Source: the human T2T-CHM13v2.0 reference genome, Homo sapiens | DNA length: 64,000 bases | Direction: 5' to 3' (one strand) | NCBI RefSeq assembly: GCF_009914755.1 | Contig: NC_060935.1 | Shown: in pieces, positions 44,287-61,202 of the stretch | How the letters are laid out: each line of letters opens with the position of its first letter | How positions within the stretch are numbered: the stretch's first letter is position 1 | The notes under the pieces: model-generated | Database searches by the model: none | Seen by the model: only the letters and a program-made list of their open reading frames with translations | Told to the model about the DNA's origin: nothing | Program-made: the position numbers and the translations under genes

Positions 44287-46660
44287 GAGCTTCATCTCTT
44301 TTCATGTTTATTGACATCCAGTTTATTTTGTCTGATAAAATTGTTTTTTATGCATGATTTTGTTTTCCATTTGTATGGTATATCTCTTTCTGTTTCTTCC
44401 TTTTCAGTCTATACTTACAAGTGAAGTGAGTTTCTTGTAGGCAGCATATTTGGGTCTTTTTTTAAAATCAGTTTAGCTAGTCTATATCTTTTAGTTGGAA
44501 AACTTAAATTATTTGCATTCAAGGTTGTTAGTGATAGGTGAAAAGTTACTTCTGTCCTTTCACTAGTTGGTTTCTGAAGTGTTTTGTGTATGTTTTGTTG
44601 CTTTATCTCTTAATGTTTATTTTTCTGATTTGGGTAGTGAGCAAAATTTATAAAGTTCGATTCCTTTCTCTTTCCTATTTGTGTATCTAACAGTGAGTTT
44701 TATACTTTCTGTGTGATTTATGACGGAAAATATCATCCTTTCAATTCCAGATGCAGATTTTCCTTTGGCATTTTTCTGTAGTGCCACTCTATTGATAATA
44801 ATTTCCCTCAGTTTTGCTCATCTGGAATAGAGTTTATTTTTCATTTCTGAAGGATAGCTTTACTGGTGCAGTATTCTTACATGACAGTTTTTTTGTTTGT
44901 TTGTTTCTTTGTTTCAGCACTTTGAATATATTATACCATCCTCTCCTGGTTTCTGCTGAAAAATACATTGTTAGTCTGATAGGTATTGTTTTCTATGTGA
45001 CTTGATGGCCTTCGTTGCTACTTTTTTCTCTTTGAATGTTACAGTTTGACCGAACTGTGACTCAGAGAGAACTTTTTGTTTTGAAACTACTTGGGGATTG
45101 TTGAGCTTTCTGTATCTGAATGTCTATATCTCTTATAGGAATTGGGAAATTTTCAACTGTTATTTCATTAAATAGGTTTTTTATGCCTGTTCACATTTCT
45201 TCTCCATCAAGGACTCTCAAAATTTGAATATTTCTTCACTTGATCATATTGCATATGTCATGCAGGCTTTCTTCATTTCTTTATATAGTTATTTTTTGTC
45301 TGGGTTATTTTAAAATCCCTGGCTCAAGTTCAGAATTTCTTTCTTCTGCTTGTTTTAGACTACTGGTAAGGCTGTCAATTGTATTTTTATTTTCAGACAT
45401 TGAATTTTACAGTTCTGGGATTTCTGTTTTTTTCTATGCCTCAATAATTTTGTGTGAGGAAGTTATGACTGGTTGATGCTTCCTTTTACTTGTTCCACTC
45501 AAATTTTTGTTGGTAACATCAGTGATAATGACTGGATTCAAAGGAAGTCAAAAATGCATTTTTTTGTCCTAATATACCATAGGCATGTGAGGTTGACTCA
45601 TGAGAGGCAAGCCACAATGGGTGAAATTAAAACTTAGAGGTAATCCCATCAGGTAAAGCTTAGAGTTGAGGTAGGACACAGACCAAACTGCAGGTAATAG
45701 AGGTGTGACATAAAAGGTGAAGGTGGGTGTTTGAGAAAACAGGAACAATCCACAAGCAGAATACTAGGCTATAGACAAGTCAACTAAAAATAACTAGACC
45801 TAAGAGTCAGAGAAATACTAGGACACAGAAACAGAAAGTCAGTGAATATTTACACAGGTAGTAAGATGCTAACCAAACTTCCAGTCTTCAGTTATACAGA
45901 TAGAATCCAAATCTTGGATGTTATAAAGCACAGAGAAGGACAAGACAGATTTTAATCTAGACTGTACCCAGAGAACAAGGAAAATGCAGGGCCAAGAACT
46001 GGGTGAGTTGGTTCTGGGCATTATAAAATATTTAATGTCTTCTGATTATGCAGAAGCAGATTAATCTCGGATCACTGACTGGAACAGTGTCTACAGATGG
46101 GAGTCATATGGCAAGAGCAAAGGCAGGTGAACTGGCTTAGAGGGTCAAGGATAATAGGTCAAGCTGTCACTGTGATGACTTGATCAGCATTAAATGGATT
46201 AAAGCATACAAAATTAATTCATGACTTCAGAGCCTAGGCTTCTGCTTTTGGGATCATTTCTTACTAATACAGTGCCTTCCTGTATTAGTAAGTAATACAG
46301 CCAAGTCAATGAGCATCCCAGCTTCACGCCATGTTTCAAGTTTAGGGTTTTAGATGTTGAGTGTGATCCGCATAGAGTTTTCATCTATTTAATTCTTTAA
46401 GGAAGTACAAATTTTACTAGATCTTATCTTCCTTCTGGAATTTACCTGAGAACACTCATTGATGGCCATTTCTAGCACCATTTTTTTCCAAACTCTTACT
46501 ATATTACATTGCTTAGCTGCCTCACTATCTACCAACTAATAAAATATTTAGATCACAAAGCCAGACATTCTTGCAGATAAAGAAAATAATGAGAAATATT
46601 ACCTGCCTTTTGGGAGCTTTTATTCTACCAAGGAAAGGCATGACTAAAATAAAGGAGAAT

Positions 46661-47251
46661 ACCATAAACCATATTATCTACTATTACATACAGAAAAACC
46701 AATATTTGGCCAAGGTTAATACAAAGTTAATTCATAGAATTCCAGGATCAGGGTTCTGAATCACAATCTTAGGCAACTGAAAAAAAGCTTCTTATAGTAG
46801 ATTTACCTAAACTAACACCTGAGGAATGAATAGGCACTAACTGAGTAAAGAAGGTGATTGGGTCAATGCTCTAAGTTATTTTAAACATCAGCCTACTTTC
46901 TGTCTTTATTGTAGTAAGTAAACAAAAGTAAGTTTTTTTTTTTTGATGACTTAGGATCAGAGCAAATAACTCAAAGGTGGACTTACATCATAGCAACCTA
47001 AAGGTATTTTTATTTTAGTTAGTTAATTAAAGTATTTATCTGCATTTAAAAGTATTTATTTAGGTGATGATAAAAGTAACACAGCAATATTTTCTGGGTA
47101 AATTTATATTCCGTGAAGTCAGGCTCTTGTCAATTAAATTTTCACTATATCCAAGAAAGAAACAATGTCAAAATAAATTTAGTGCAGGCTTATCAATCAG
47201 TTTAGCCAAGGCATTAATATAACATCATAGTGAAGATGTACTACCTACTGA
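46661..47251 (+). repeat. Left arm of long inverted duplication
   Basis: Reverse complement aligns colinearly to 48380-48988. Confidence 0.97.
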
Positions 47252-47954
47252 AGGAGCGTTGTTAGTGTCTGGAAAAAATGGGTATGAAAACATTTATTAA
47301 TTCACTGGTGAGATGTCTTGGAAGCTGAAGAATTCGTGTGCTAAGAAGGAGGCAGTGACAATCAGCACCCAGTGCCACATAGTCAAGGAGAATGGGGAGG
47401 AATAAAAGGCCTTGGTATTGGGTAGGAACAAAGATATTAATTCCATTTGTGAGAGTACTTTTTGCAGAGTGCTAGAATGCCATGATTGCAAACCTGCCTG
47501 AGAAAAGTCTGCAACTTTTATTTATTGCTTATAGACCAGAATTATATTAAAGACTTTTACCTCTAACAACTACATTTACCTGAGTATGTTATTGAATATC
47601 TGTAAAACGTATGAAAAGAAAGAAATGTAGGTGTTATTTATATTTAGTTCACAATTCTACAGAGCCTGCTGTGTTTTTGCAAATGTTTGAAACTCCTTTA
47701 TTATTAAACCTCTTTAATCTTACCTCCTACATCTCAACTACTGGGATCATTTCTGACACCAACACAGAACTGGGGCTATTCTCCAGAACACAATTTGATT
47801 CTCCATTCCAAACTTTGGCTGTCTTTATTTCTTCTATCTCAAATGTCCTCCTTGTTTTGCCTTTTTAAAAAGTGTCAACCTTTGACATCATTTCTATTTA
47901 TAATATTTTTTCAGGATAATTCTGAACAGCCATATATTCTTTACTCTGAGGCTG

Positions 47955-47958
<4 letters not shown>

Positions 47959-48008
<50 letters not shown>
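47959..48008. repeat. Perfect (GT)25 microsatellite
   Basis: Direct reading. Confidence 0.98.
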
Positions 48009-48009
<1 letters not shown>

Positions 48010-48379
48010 CTATGATATGGTATGTTCCGAACTGTCTTTTGATGGGTTTTATCTTCCCACTTGTATTGCACAGTTCTATTGTGTAGGGATCATGGCTTGT
48101 ACTACTTTGTACAATATTTTCACAATATTCTGTGCTAATATTATATGCATAATCATTAAAGGCTGTATGATATTGTAACACTTTCATTAGAAAGATCTAG
48201 ATTTTAAACAAAACTCTCAAGCTATGGTTTTCTAGCTCTAAAATGCAGGTAAAGGTACCTGCTTCTTAGGGTGGCAATGAAAAATTGAAAAAAATGTATG
48301 TTGAGAGTTTGACACTTTAATTTATTTATAAATGTTAATTATCTTTCTTTATAAATTGTTGGGTTGATAAGGTCTGACA

Positions 48380-48988
48380 TCAGTAGGTAGTATATCTTCA
48401 CTATGGTGTTATATTAAATGCCTTGGCTAAACAGATAATCCTGTACCAAATTTATTTTGACCTTGTTTCTTTCATGGATAAGGTAAAAATTTGATTAACA
48501 AGAGCCTGACTTCATGGAATATATATTTACCCAAGAAATATTGATATGTTACTTTTATCATCCTCCAGATAGATACTTTTAAATGCAGCAAAATAACTTA
48601 ATCAAAATAACTAACTAAAATAAAAATACTTATAGGTTCCTATGATGTAAGTCCACCTTTGAGTTCTTTACTCTGATCCTAAGTCATCAAAAAATATTAA
48701 CTTTTGTTTATTTAGTACAATAGAGAAATATAGTAGACTGATGTTTAAAATAATTTACAGCATTTACCTAATCACCTTCTTTACTCAGTTAATGCCTATT
48801 CATTTCTCAGGTGTCAGTTTAGGTAAATCTATTGTTAAGAAGTAGATTTACCTAAGATTAGCAACCTCAGTTGCCTAAGATTGTGATTCAGAACCCTGCT
48901 CCTGGAATTCTATATATCAACCTTGTGTTAACTTTGGCCAAATATTGGTTTGTGTGTATGTTAAACGGTAGAAAATACGGCTTATGGT
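48380..48988 (-). repeat. Right arm of long inverted duplication
   Basis: For example tatgatgtaagtccacctttgagtt (48641-48665) is the exact reverse complement of aactcaaaggtggacttacatcata (46968-46992). Confidence 0.97.
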
Positions 48989-49568
48989 TACGTGGTCTCT
49001 GTTCATCTCAACCACTGTTAATTTTCCACCACCTGGCACTGCAAATTCTTCAGAGGAGACACCCAAGAAATACTTGTGGATCTAAAGGATAGGTCAGCAG
49101 GAAGGAAGCCAGACTAAATTAACCATAATTAAATAATAAATTCAATTATTCAAGGTAGTTTACTTGTATCAAGTATTTCAATTAAATTTAGGGGGCATTT
49201 AGATATAGTCAATAAAATATTCAACATATTAAGTTATTTCACTTATGTTACTTGAGCACTTCTTATGTGCATGGAACTTTGCTAGGTTCTGTAGATGCAG
49301 CTCACATTTTCAGAGATATATAATAAAAGTATGCTGTCAGCACAGGAATGAAAGAGCCACTATCTAATGAAGACTGGAATTGGAGCTGAAGCACTACTTA
49401 ACAATAATACAGCACCATTTTGGAGAGTTTACCTAAGTGAGGGGCAAGGCCAAAAGTGTAAACACAATGAATATGCATCATGACATTAACAATTTGAGAC
49501 CCTGAGATGGAAATTGGGTGCAATTAGCTTTACTATTCCTTGTAAATGGAAATGTTTGCTATCTTTCC

Positions 49569-49592
49569 TTTTTTTTTTTTTTTTTTTTTTTT
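49569..49592. repeat. Poly-T tract
   Basis: About 24 consecutive T. Confidence 0.9.
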
Positions 49593-49610
49593 GCATTCAT
49601 TCTACATTCC

Positions 49611-50007
49611 CTATTTTATTCCATGTTTTGCTGCTATAACAGAATACTACATACAGGGTAATTTACAAAAAAAGGACATTTATTTGGCTCACAGTTCTGG
49701 AGGCTGAGAAGTCCAAGATCCAAGATTGACGGGACATATCCAGTGAGGGTTTTCTTGCTGTGTCTTAACATAGTAAAAGAGCAAGCAAGCTTGTAGGTCA
49801 AAGGGAGAAAAAAAAGTTAGACCAAACTCATCGTTTTATGAGGAGCCCAATTTCTGAATAACCAACCATTCCTGTGATTATGGCAAATTTTCATTCAGGA
49901 GGGCAGAACTCTCATGACCTAGTCAACTCTTGAAGATCCCACCTCTGTTGCATTGAGGATTAGTTTCCAACACATGAACTTTAGGTGGATTTATTTAAAC
50001 CATAGCA
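49611..50007 (-). mobile_element. MaLR solo LTR (MST-like)
   Basis: 'gctgctataacagaatac', 'ggctcacagttctggaggctgagaagtccaagatc', ends 'aaaccatagca'. Confidence 0.88.
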
Positions 50008-50236
50008 CTTTCTTTGTGTGCACTGACTATAAGTTAAGTAGACTGGCTAAGGCTTGAATGATTTTAAATTTGTATATTATTGAATGAGTGCAGGATGTTT
50101 AGATAAAGAGCTTCTGGTGAGAAAAAAAAATAATATCCATAAAATTGAGGCTACTTTGTCTTTGCTTTTATTTTTTTTTCAAAATGGAAATGGGAGTTTA
50201 TTGTTTTTATTATTTCCTTTAAAATGGAAGTAGGTT

Positions 50237-50513
<277 letters not shown>

Positions 50514-51203
50514 TTAATTTTTTTTCTGATTATAAAATATGCTACAGTTTCATTATAAAACAATAAGATACTATTACATTATAAGAAGGAAAACAATAAT
50601 CACTTTTTCCACTAACTAGAGATAATTCAAGTTAACAGTTTATATATATAACTAAGACATTTTCTCTCTGTATGTATGTATACAAACTCCTCTCAATATT
50701 CTTCCAGTGTGTATACATTGACACCACATTTTAAAATTAAAAATGAGATTATACTCTAAAGAGTTTTAACATTTTTCACTTAACAGGGTATTATGAATGT
50801 ATATTTTAGACAATAGACCTACATTTGTCATTATCCTAGGCAGTGTCTCACTGGTGAACACAGAAGGATAATTGGGCTGATTACCACTTTAAGAAGAACT
50901 GCCATGATCAAATAATGATCAAAGATGAAATACATATATTTCATCTTTGCACATTTATTGACTATTCTCAGGTACAATTTCTGGAAGTGAAATTATTTCT
51001 TGATATGCACAAGTTTAAGGGTATAATTATACATAGCAAAACTGTTTTTCTCAGGATTTATACTTACTGATATTCCTACCCAGCCTGTTTGAACACATTA
51101 TCAACTTTGGATATTAGCATTATTTTGAGTCTTTGCTAATAGTACAATTGAAATTAGATTAGAAATTATTTTTCCTGGCTATAAAATAATCCATCTTATT
51201 GAT

Positions 51204-54915
<3,712 letters not shown>

Positions 54916-55179
54916 ATCTTACTGATATTAAAATTTTTTTATGCTACTGCTGATTGCTTTTCCTCATATTTTCTTTGTGTTTTATTCACATTTTGTTCTA
55001 CCCAGTGATTCTGTATATTTTCAACTTGCTAACTACGTTAAAATTATATCTTAAGAGTTTCTCATTAATAAAATTAATTTTTAATTATTAAGTGCTGCAT
55101 AATATAGATTAAATACAGGTACAAAGTTCACCTAAGTAAACACACATGTGGTGTACATATATAATATTTTTAGCACTTT

Positions 55180-56600
55180 GGTTAGGTCTAACTGACATAG
55201 AAAAACTGTACCCATTTCAGGTTTACAATTTGATAAGTTTTTATGTGGGTATGCACCCATGAAACCATCAGCACAATCACGATGATGAAAATATCAAGCA
55301 ATCCTAAAATTTCCTCATCCATTTTTATAATTTGCTCGCCCACTCTTCCCTGTCACTTCCAAATGACAAACACTGATTTCCTTTTTCTCACTACACTATT
55401 TTATAGTATTATATAAATGGAATCTTACAAAGTATACTCCTATTTTATCAGACATTTTTCATTTAGAATAATTATTCTAGATTGTATATGTTTTGCTTCT
55501 ATCGATAGCTTATTACTTTTTAATACCAAATAGTATTCCATTGTATGGCTATATCAATTTGTCAAAATATTCACCTCTAAATAGACATTTGTTGTTTCCA
55601 GTTTTTGTCCATTACTAATAAATCTGCTACGAGTATTAATAACTGTTTATATTGACATGTGCTTTTATTCCCTCTCTTGGGTACCCAGTAGTGAAATGGC
55701 TACATCATGTATATGGCAGGTGAATATTTAACTTTTAAAGGAGCTTCCAAACTGTTTTCGAAATTGATTACACTATTTTGCATTCCCACCAGCAGTGTAT
55801 GAGTTCCATTTCCTCCTTATCTATGTCAACCTGGGGTACAGTCAGTCTTTGTAATTTTAGCTGTTCTAAGAGATACCTAGTAAGATCTCATTTTTTGTTT
55901 GTGGCTGAAATCTACACTTTTCTAATGGCCAATAATGTTTGACATTCTTCCATATGCTTATTTGCCATCCATATGTCTAATATTATAAAGTTCCTTTGCA
56001 ACTCTTCTCATTGTTATAAAAATGGAGTTGTTTTCTTTTTATTGACTTTTGAGAGGTTATTATAGATTTTGATAAAATTCTGATATTTGACATATGAAAA
56101 TATCTGCATATTTTGTAGCTTTGTGTCTTGTCTTTTTATTTTTAACAGTTTCTTTGAAGAGCAGAAGTTTTAATTTTGATAAAGCTATTTTTATTCTTTT
56201 ATAGATTATGTTTTTGTGTTGTATCTAAGAAATGTTTGACCAATCCACAATCATGATGAGTTTCTCCAGTGTTTTGCCTTAGAAATTTTAGTTTTAGGTT
56301 TAATGTTTAAGTCTATGATTCATTTTGAGTTCATTTTTGCAGCTGGGGAAAGATATAGATCAAAGATGTTTTATTGTTCTGTTGCATGTGGCTACCACTT
56401 GTTCTACCAAGATTTGTTGAGAAGACCAACCTTTCTCTATTGAACTGCCTTTGCACCCTTGTCAAACATCACTTGTCCCTATATAAGTAAATCTATTTCT
56501 GGATTATTATTTTCTGTTGATCTGTTTGTTCATCTTTAAACTAGTACCACATGAGTGTATCACAGTAGGTTGATAACCTTGGAATAAGGTAGAGTTAGCC
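55180..56600 (-). mobile_element. Old L1M (MC/ME-like) 3' region
   Basis: 'tagtattccattgtatgg', 'cattcccaccagcagtgtatgagttcc', 'gcagaagttttaattttgat'. Confidence 0.85.
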
Positions 56601-57525
56601 CTCTTTGTTTTTCTTGTTAAAAATTATTTCATTCTTTTGAAAGTTATCAAAACAAATTCCTAGCTTGCCTAGTTGGTGACCTGTTAACACTAATGAAAAT
56701 GGCTAGTAATGATGCAGCTTTAGGTTACTTCTGAAAGATTAGTAGAAAAGTAGAAATTTATTGTCATTTTATTATTGTTCATTCATTTTTACAAAATAAA
56801 ATTCATCCTTCCAAATAAACTCTTTTAATCTGATAGCAAAACTCAGAAAGAACTGAGCCATCTGTGTCATTCTCTTTTTTATTATAATTTCATTGTAATC
56901 ACTCTGGAAATATGTGTGGGGGATTTTCAATAAATTTTCTGCAAAGTCTTAAACAGCGGAAAACAGACAACAAAACAATTTAAAAGGAAAGCCTTCTAGA
57001 ATCAGGCTGCTGTAGTGTATTTTGAAAATGTACACACAGTTTGAAGACTGATATTTATAGCTGCAGCTAGAGTTGTGATTTATGCTGCTGAGGTATAACG
57101 TTGTATAATTGATACGCCATATGATGATACTAATTGCAATCTGGATGAAAATTAGAAATGATGGAATCATGTCTTAGAAATCTTAACAACTTTGAAAGTA
57201 CAATTTAAAAATAGAAAATATACTGTTGCACAAAGTTATTGTACATACAGATTTCTTCCTGAAACATCACCACGTTCATTTGAAATGTATATGATGAATT
57301 TGGAAGAAAGCCGAATCTGGACAGACAGGAAAGGAAGGGTGGAACTGCATACAGTATGACTCACTTCTACATCTATTATTGCTAATAAAATATTTTGAAT
57401 AGTCCCTTTCTTAACATTAATATAATATTTTTTTCTGTTTTTTTAATGAGTATATATTGCTTACTGAAATGCATACATTTTATTAAATAACTGCACATAT
57501 ATTTTTAGAAAGAAATGGAGGGGCA

Positions 57526-57851
57526 GGCCGGGTGCGGTGGCTCACGCCTGTAATCCCAGCACTTTGGGAGGCCGAGGCGGGCGGATCATGAGGTCAGGAG
57601 ATGGAGACCATCCTGGCTAACACGGTGAAACCCCGTCTCTACTAAAAATACAAAAAAGCCGGGTGTGATGGTGGGCGCCTGTAGTCCCAGCTACTCAGGA
57701 GGCTGAGGCAGGAGAATGGCGTGAACCCGGCAGGCTGAGCTTGCAGTAAGCCGAGATCGCGCCGCTGCACTCCAGCCTGGGCGACAGAGATAGACTCCGT
57801 CTAAAAAAAAAAAAAAAAAAGAAAAAAAAAAGAAAAAAGAAAAAGAAAAAA
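57526..57851 (+). mobile_element. AluY
   Basis: Y diagnostics 'accatcctggctaacacgg', 'gagaatggcgtgaacccgg', 'gagcttgcagt'; CpG-rich; long A tail; TSD agaaatggaggggca / agaaattgagaggca. Confidence 0.97.
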
Positions 57852-60544
57852 GAAATTGAGAGGCAAGGACAGAGGAGAGGTTTTGTGCCACACATTGTGT
57901 TAAGCACTTCATTAGGCTCTTCTGATTTAATCTTTTGAATAACATAGCAGGGCTGATGTGTTGTTTGCAGATTATGGACCTGAGACTGGGATTGGTTCAG
58001 CAATTCAGAAAACTATTAAGTGTTAGATTTAGTCTCAGAACTTTACAATTCCAAAACCTGGGTTTTTTCCTGGAGACAATTATCCAAATATATGGAGTAT
58101 TATAAAATACCTGGAGCCAGATTACAAGGAGGCTTTTCTTCTGAGGCTGCATTCAAATAATTAATTTCATAATTTCATTTATGTTCAGTCCCAGAAAGAA
58201 ATGAAAAAGGTTCCTGAGAAATAGAATCAGGAATTTACATTTTAAATTATATTTATTAAATGTAGACTGATTAATGTAATATAATGATTAAATGTAGACT
58301 GAAAGAGAGTGACACATATTTTGATTTAACCTGACAAGTGCTAAAATGTTTGGAACCAATGGAGGCTTCAGAGACTGCTTTTCTTCCCTATGAAATAAAA
58401 TTATTCTTAAAAGTTACTTAATTACCCAAGTTTGGTTGGTCATGGCGAGACAATGGTCAAAGAACTTTGACTTATTTAGCTTAAACAGGAGGGAGGGAGG
58501 GAAGAAGAGATGGAAGGATGAACCTGGGAATCTAGTACATCATTAAAATTGGAATGGCTTTGTGGTGTGTATGTGTGTTTAAGAAATAAGGCAACACAAT
58601 CAAAATATTGTTTTAAATTTCGTTCAGTACTAGTTTTAGACCTGAACTATTCTGGGGAACACTTTCGCAGTCTCACAAATAATTTAGTGCCTTTAAATTA
58701 TTTTGGCATATGAAAGTTAATTATTGTCAGAAAAGAAAAGAGAAGGAGAGAGGAAGGAAACATTGATTGTGGTACCTGTTATCTTAGAGATTTTCACATA
58801 TAAAATCTCATTTGTCCCTCACAATATCTCTCAGGTGAGAAATTTCTTTTTTTGAAAGATGAAAAATATCAAAGCATACAAACTCATTATCATTCACTGT
58901 CTGGTGTCTAATGTCTTGAAAAGCATCCTTTCATGTATTTTGCCCAGGTGTTTTGGTTGTGGTAGGTGGGTAAAACATGTCCCATTACTTTCTTTTGATA
59001 AGAAGTTGAAGTTTTCTATTTTTTCCCTGAATGACTTTTGTAGCTATATTCTTTCAAGGAGTTTGTTCACTTGATCAATGTTGTTTAATTTATTGACATA
59101 CAGTTTTTTATTATATTCCCTGATTATTCATTTTATGTGTCTGAAATATGTAGTTGTAATCTGTGTGCTCTTTCTTTTCTTCTTATAATTCTGTCTAGAA
59201 GTTTATTAATTTTATGGACATTTTCAAGGGAGCAGATTTTGAAATCATTGATTTTTGTCTATTGGTTATTCATTTCCTATATTATTGACTGCTAATCTTA
59301 TCTTTACTATTTCCTTCCTACAGTGTACTTTGTGTATAAGTTTTTCTTCTTTTTAAAGCTCCTTAAGGTGGTAGCTTAGATCATTGATTAAAATATTTCT
59401 TTTTTACTATATTAGCACTCAGTACTATAAATTACCTTTTAATCACTGGTCTCACAATATCCCACAGATGTTTGTATTTTATATCTTTATTTTTATTTAA
59501 TTTGAACAAATTTTATAATTTTACTTGTAGCTTTCTCTTTTATTAGTGAATTATATTGTAGGATTTAAAAATTTCTTAATATTTGGAAATATTCCAGTTA
59601 TAGTTCTATTTTTAATTTTCATTTTAATTTGCTTTTGTCATAGAACATTCTCTGTATGATTTAAATCATTTAATATTTACTGAAAATTGTTTACATGCAC
59701 CTCAAGAAAATTTTTGGAGGAAGATTTTCTAAATGTCAATAAGGATATTTTGGTCAATAGTGTTGTTCAAGTCTTCCATATTATTGCTCATTTATTTTCT
59801 ACTTGCTCTAACAACTGCTGATAGAACAGTCTTAAAATATCCTACTATAATTGTAGATTTGTCCATTTCTTCTTTAGGTTTTATCAGTTATTGCTTCACA
59901 TACTTTGAATCTTTGTTATGTACATGTGCATTTAGGATTTTTATGACTTCTTTATTAATTGACCTCTGATAATTATCTAATACCCATTCCTATTCCTTGT
60001 CCTGAAGTCTACTTTGATATTACTAAAGTTACTCTAGCCTTACTTTCATTACTGTATGCATGGTATATCTTTTCACATCTAGCCTCTCTGCTATTTTTAG
60101 TATACATTTTATGTCTCCATATCTTTAAACTTCGTGTCTTTGTATTTACATGGCTTACTTAAATGGCATGTAATTAAGTCTTGTTTTTTTTTCTTTTATT
60201 CCATCTCACAATCTAGGCCTTTTAATTGGAATGGTTAGGCTATTTGCATTTAATAAAATTATTTATATAGTTGGGTTTAAATCTACCTTATTGCTGCTTA
60301 AATTTTATTTACACCATCTGTTCTTCATTTCTTTTTCCCTTTTTTCCCACCTTCTTTAGGGTTGTATTTTATGATTCCATTTTATCTTCACTATTAGCTT
60401 GTTAGCTATAACTCTTTTGTGTTTTCTTTCCCTTTTTTTTTTTTTTAGATTTTGTGCCAGGGTTTACAATACACATCTTTAGCTACCTACAAATAACATT
60501 AAACTGTTTTAGATTTAGTGTAAGAACTTGATCATAGGTTCTTT

Positions 60545-61040
60545 TTTTTTTATTATTATACTTTACTTTAAGTTTTAGGGTACATGTGCACATTGTGCAG
60601 GTTAGTTACATATGTATACATGTGCCATGCTGGTGCGCTGCACCCACTAACTCGTCATCTAGCATTAGGTATATCTCCCAATGCTATCCTTCCCCCCTCC
60701 CCCCACCCCACCACAGTCCCCAGAGGGTGATATTCCCCTTCCTGTGTCCATGTGTTCTCATTGTTCAATTCCCACCTATGAGTGAGAATATGCGGTGTTT
60801 GGTTTTTTGTTCTTGCGATAGTTTACTGAGAATGATGATTTCCAATTTCATCCATGTCCCTACAAAGGACATGAACTCATCATTTTTTATGGCTGCATAG
60901 TATTCCATGGTGTATATATGCCACATTTTCTTAATCCAGTCTATCATTGTTGGACATTTGGGTTGGTTCCAAGTCTTTGCTATTGTGAATAATGCCGCAA
61001 TAAACATACGTGTGCATGTGGCTTTATAGCAGCATGATTT
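60545..61040 (-). mobile_element. Young 5'-truncated L1 (L1PA2-like)
   Basis: Sense strand reads 'gctagatgacgagttagtgggtgcagcgcacc'; ORF2 end ...EQKTKHRIFSLIGGN intact; TSD ataggttcttt at 60534-60544 and 61041-61051. Confidence 0.95.
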
Positions 61041-61202
61041 ATAGGTTCTTTATAAAACAGTAAATTTATCTTTCCCCCATTCTAGCCTCTCTGCTGTTTT
61101 TCTCATATATTTCATTTCTCCATATCTTATAAACTCTAACATATATTATTAGTTTTATTTTAAATACAAGATTATCTTTTAAAAGTTAAAAATGAAAAAG
61201 AA

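Noticed and set aside
47795-48187. Overlapping ORFs with CV/HT repeats in the hairpin loop
   Set aside because: Open frames arise from the stop-free (GT)25; no protein homology recognised.
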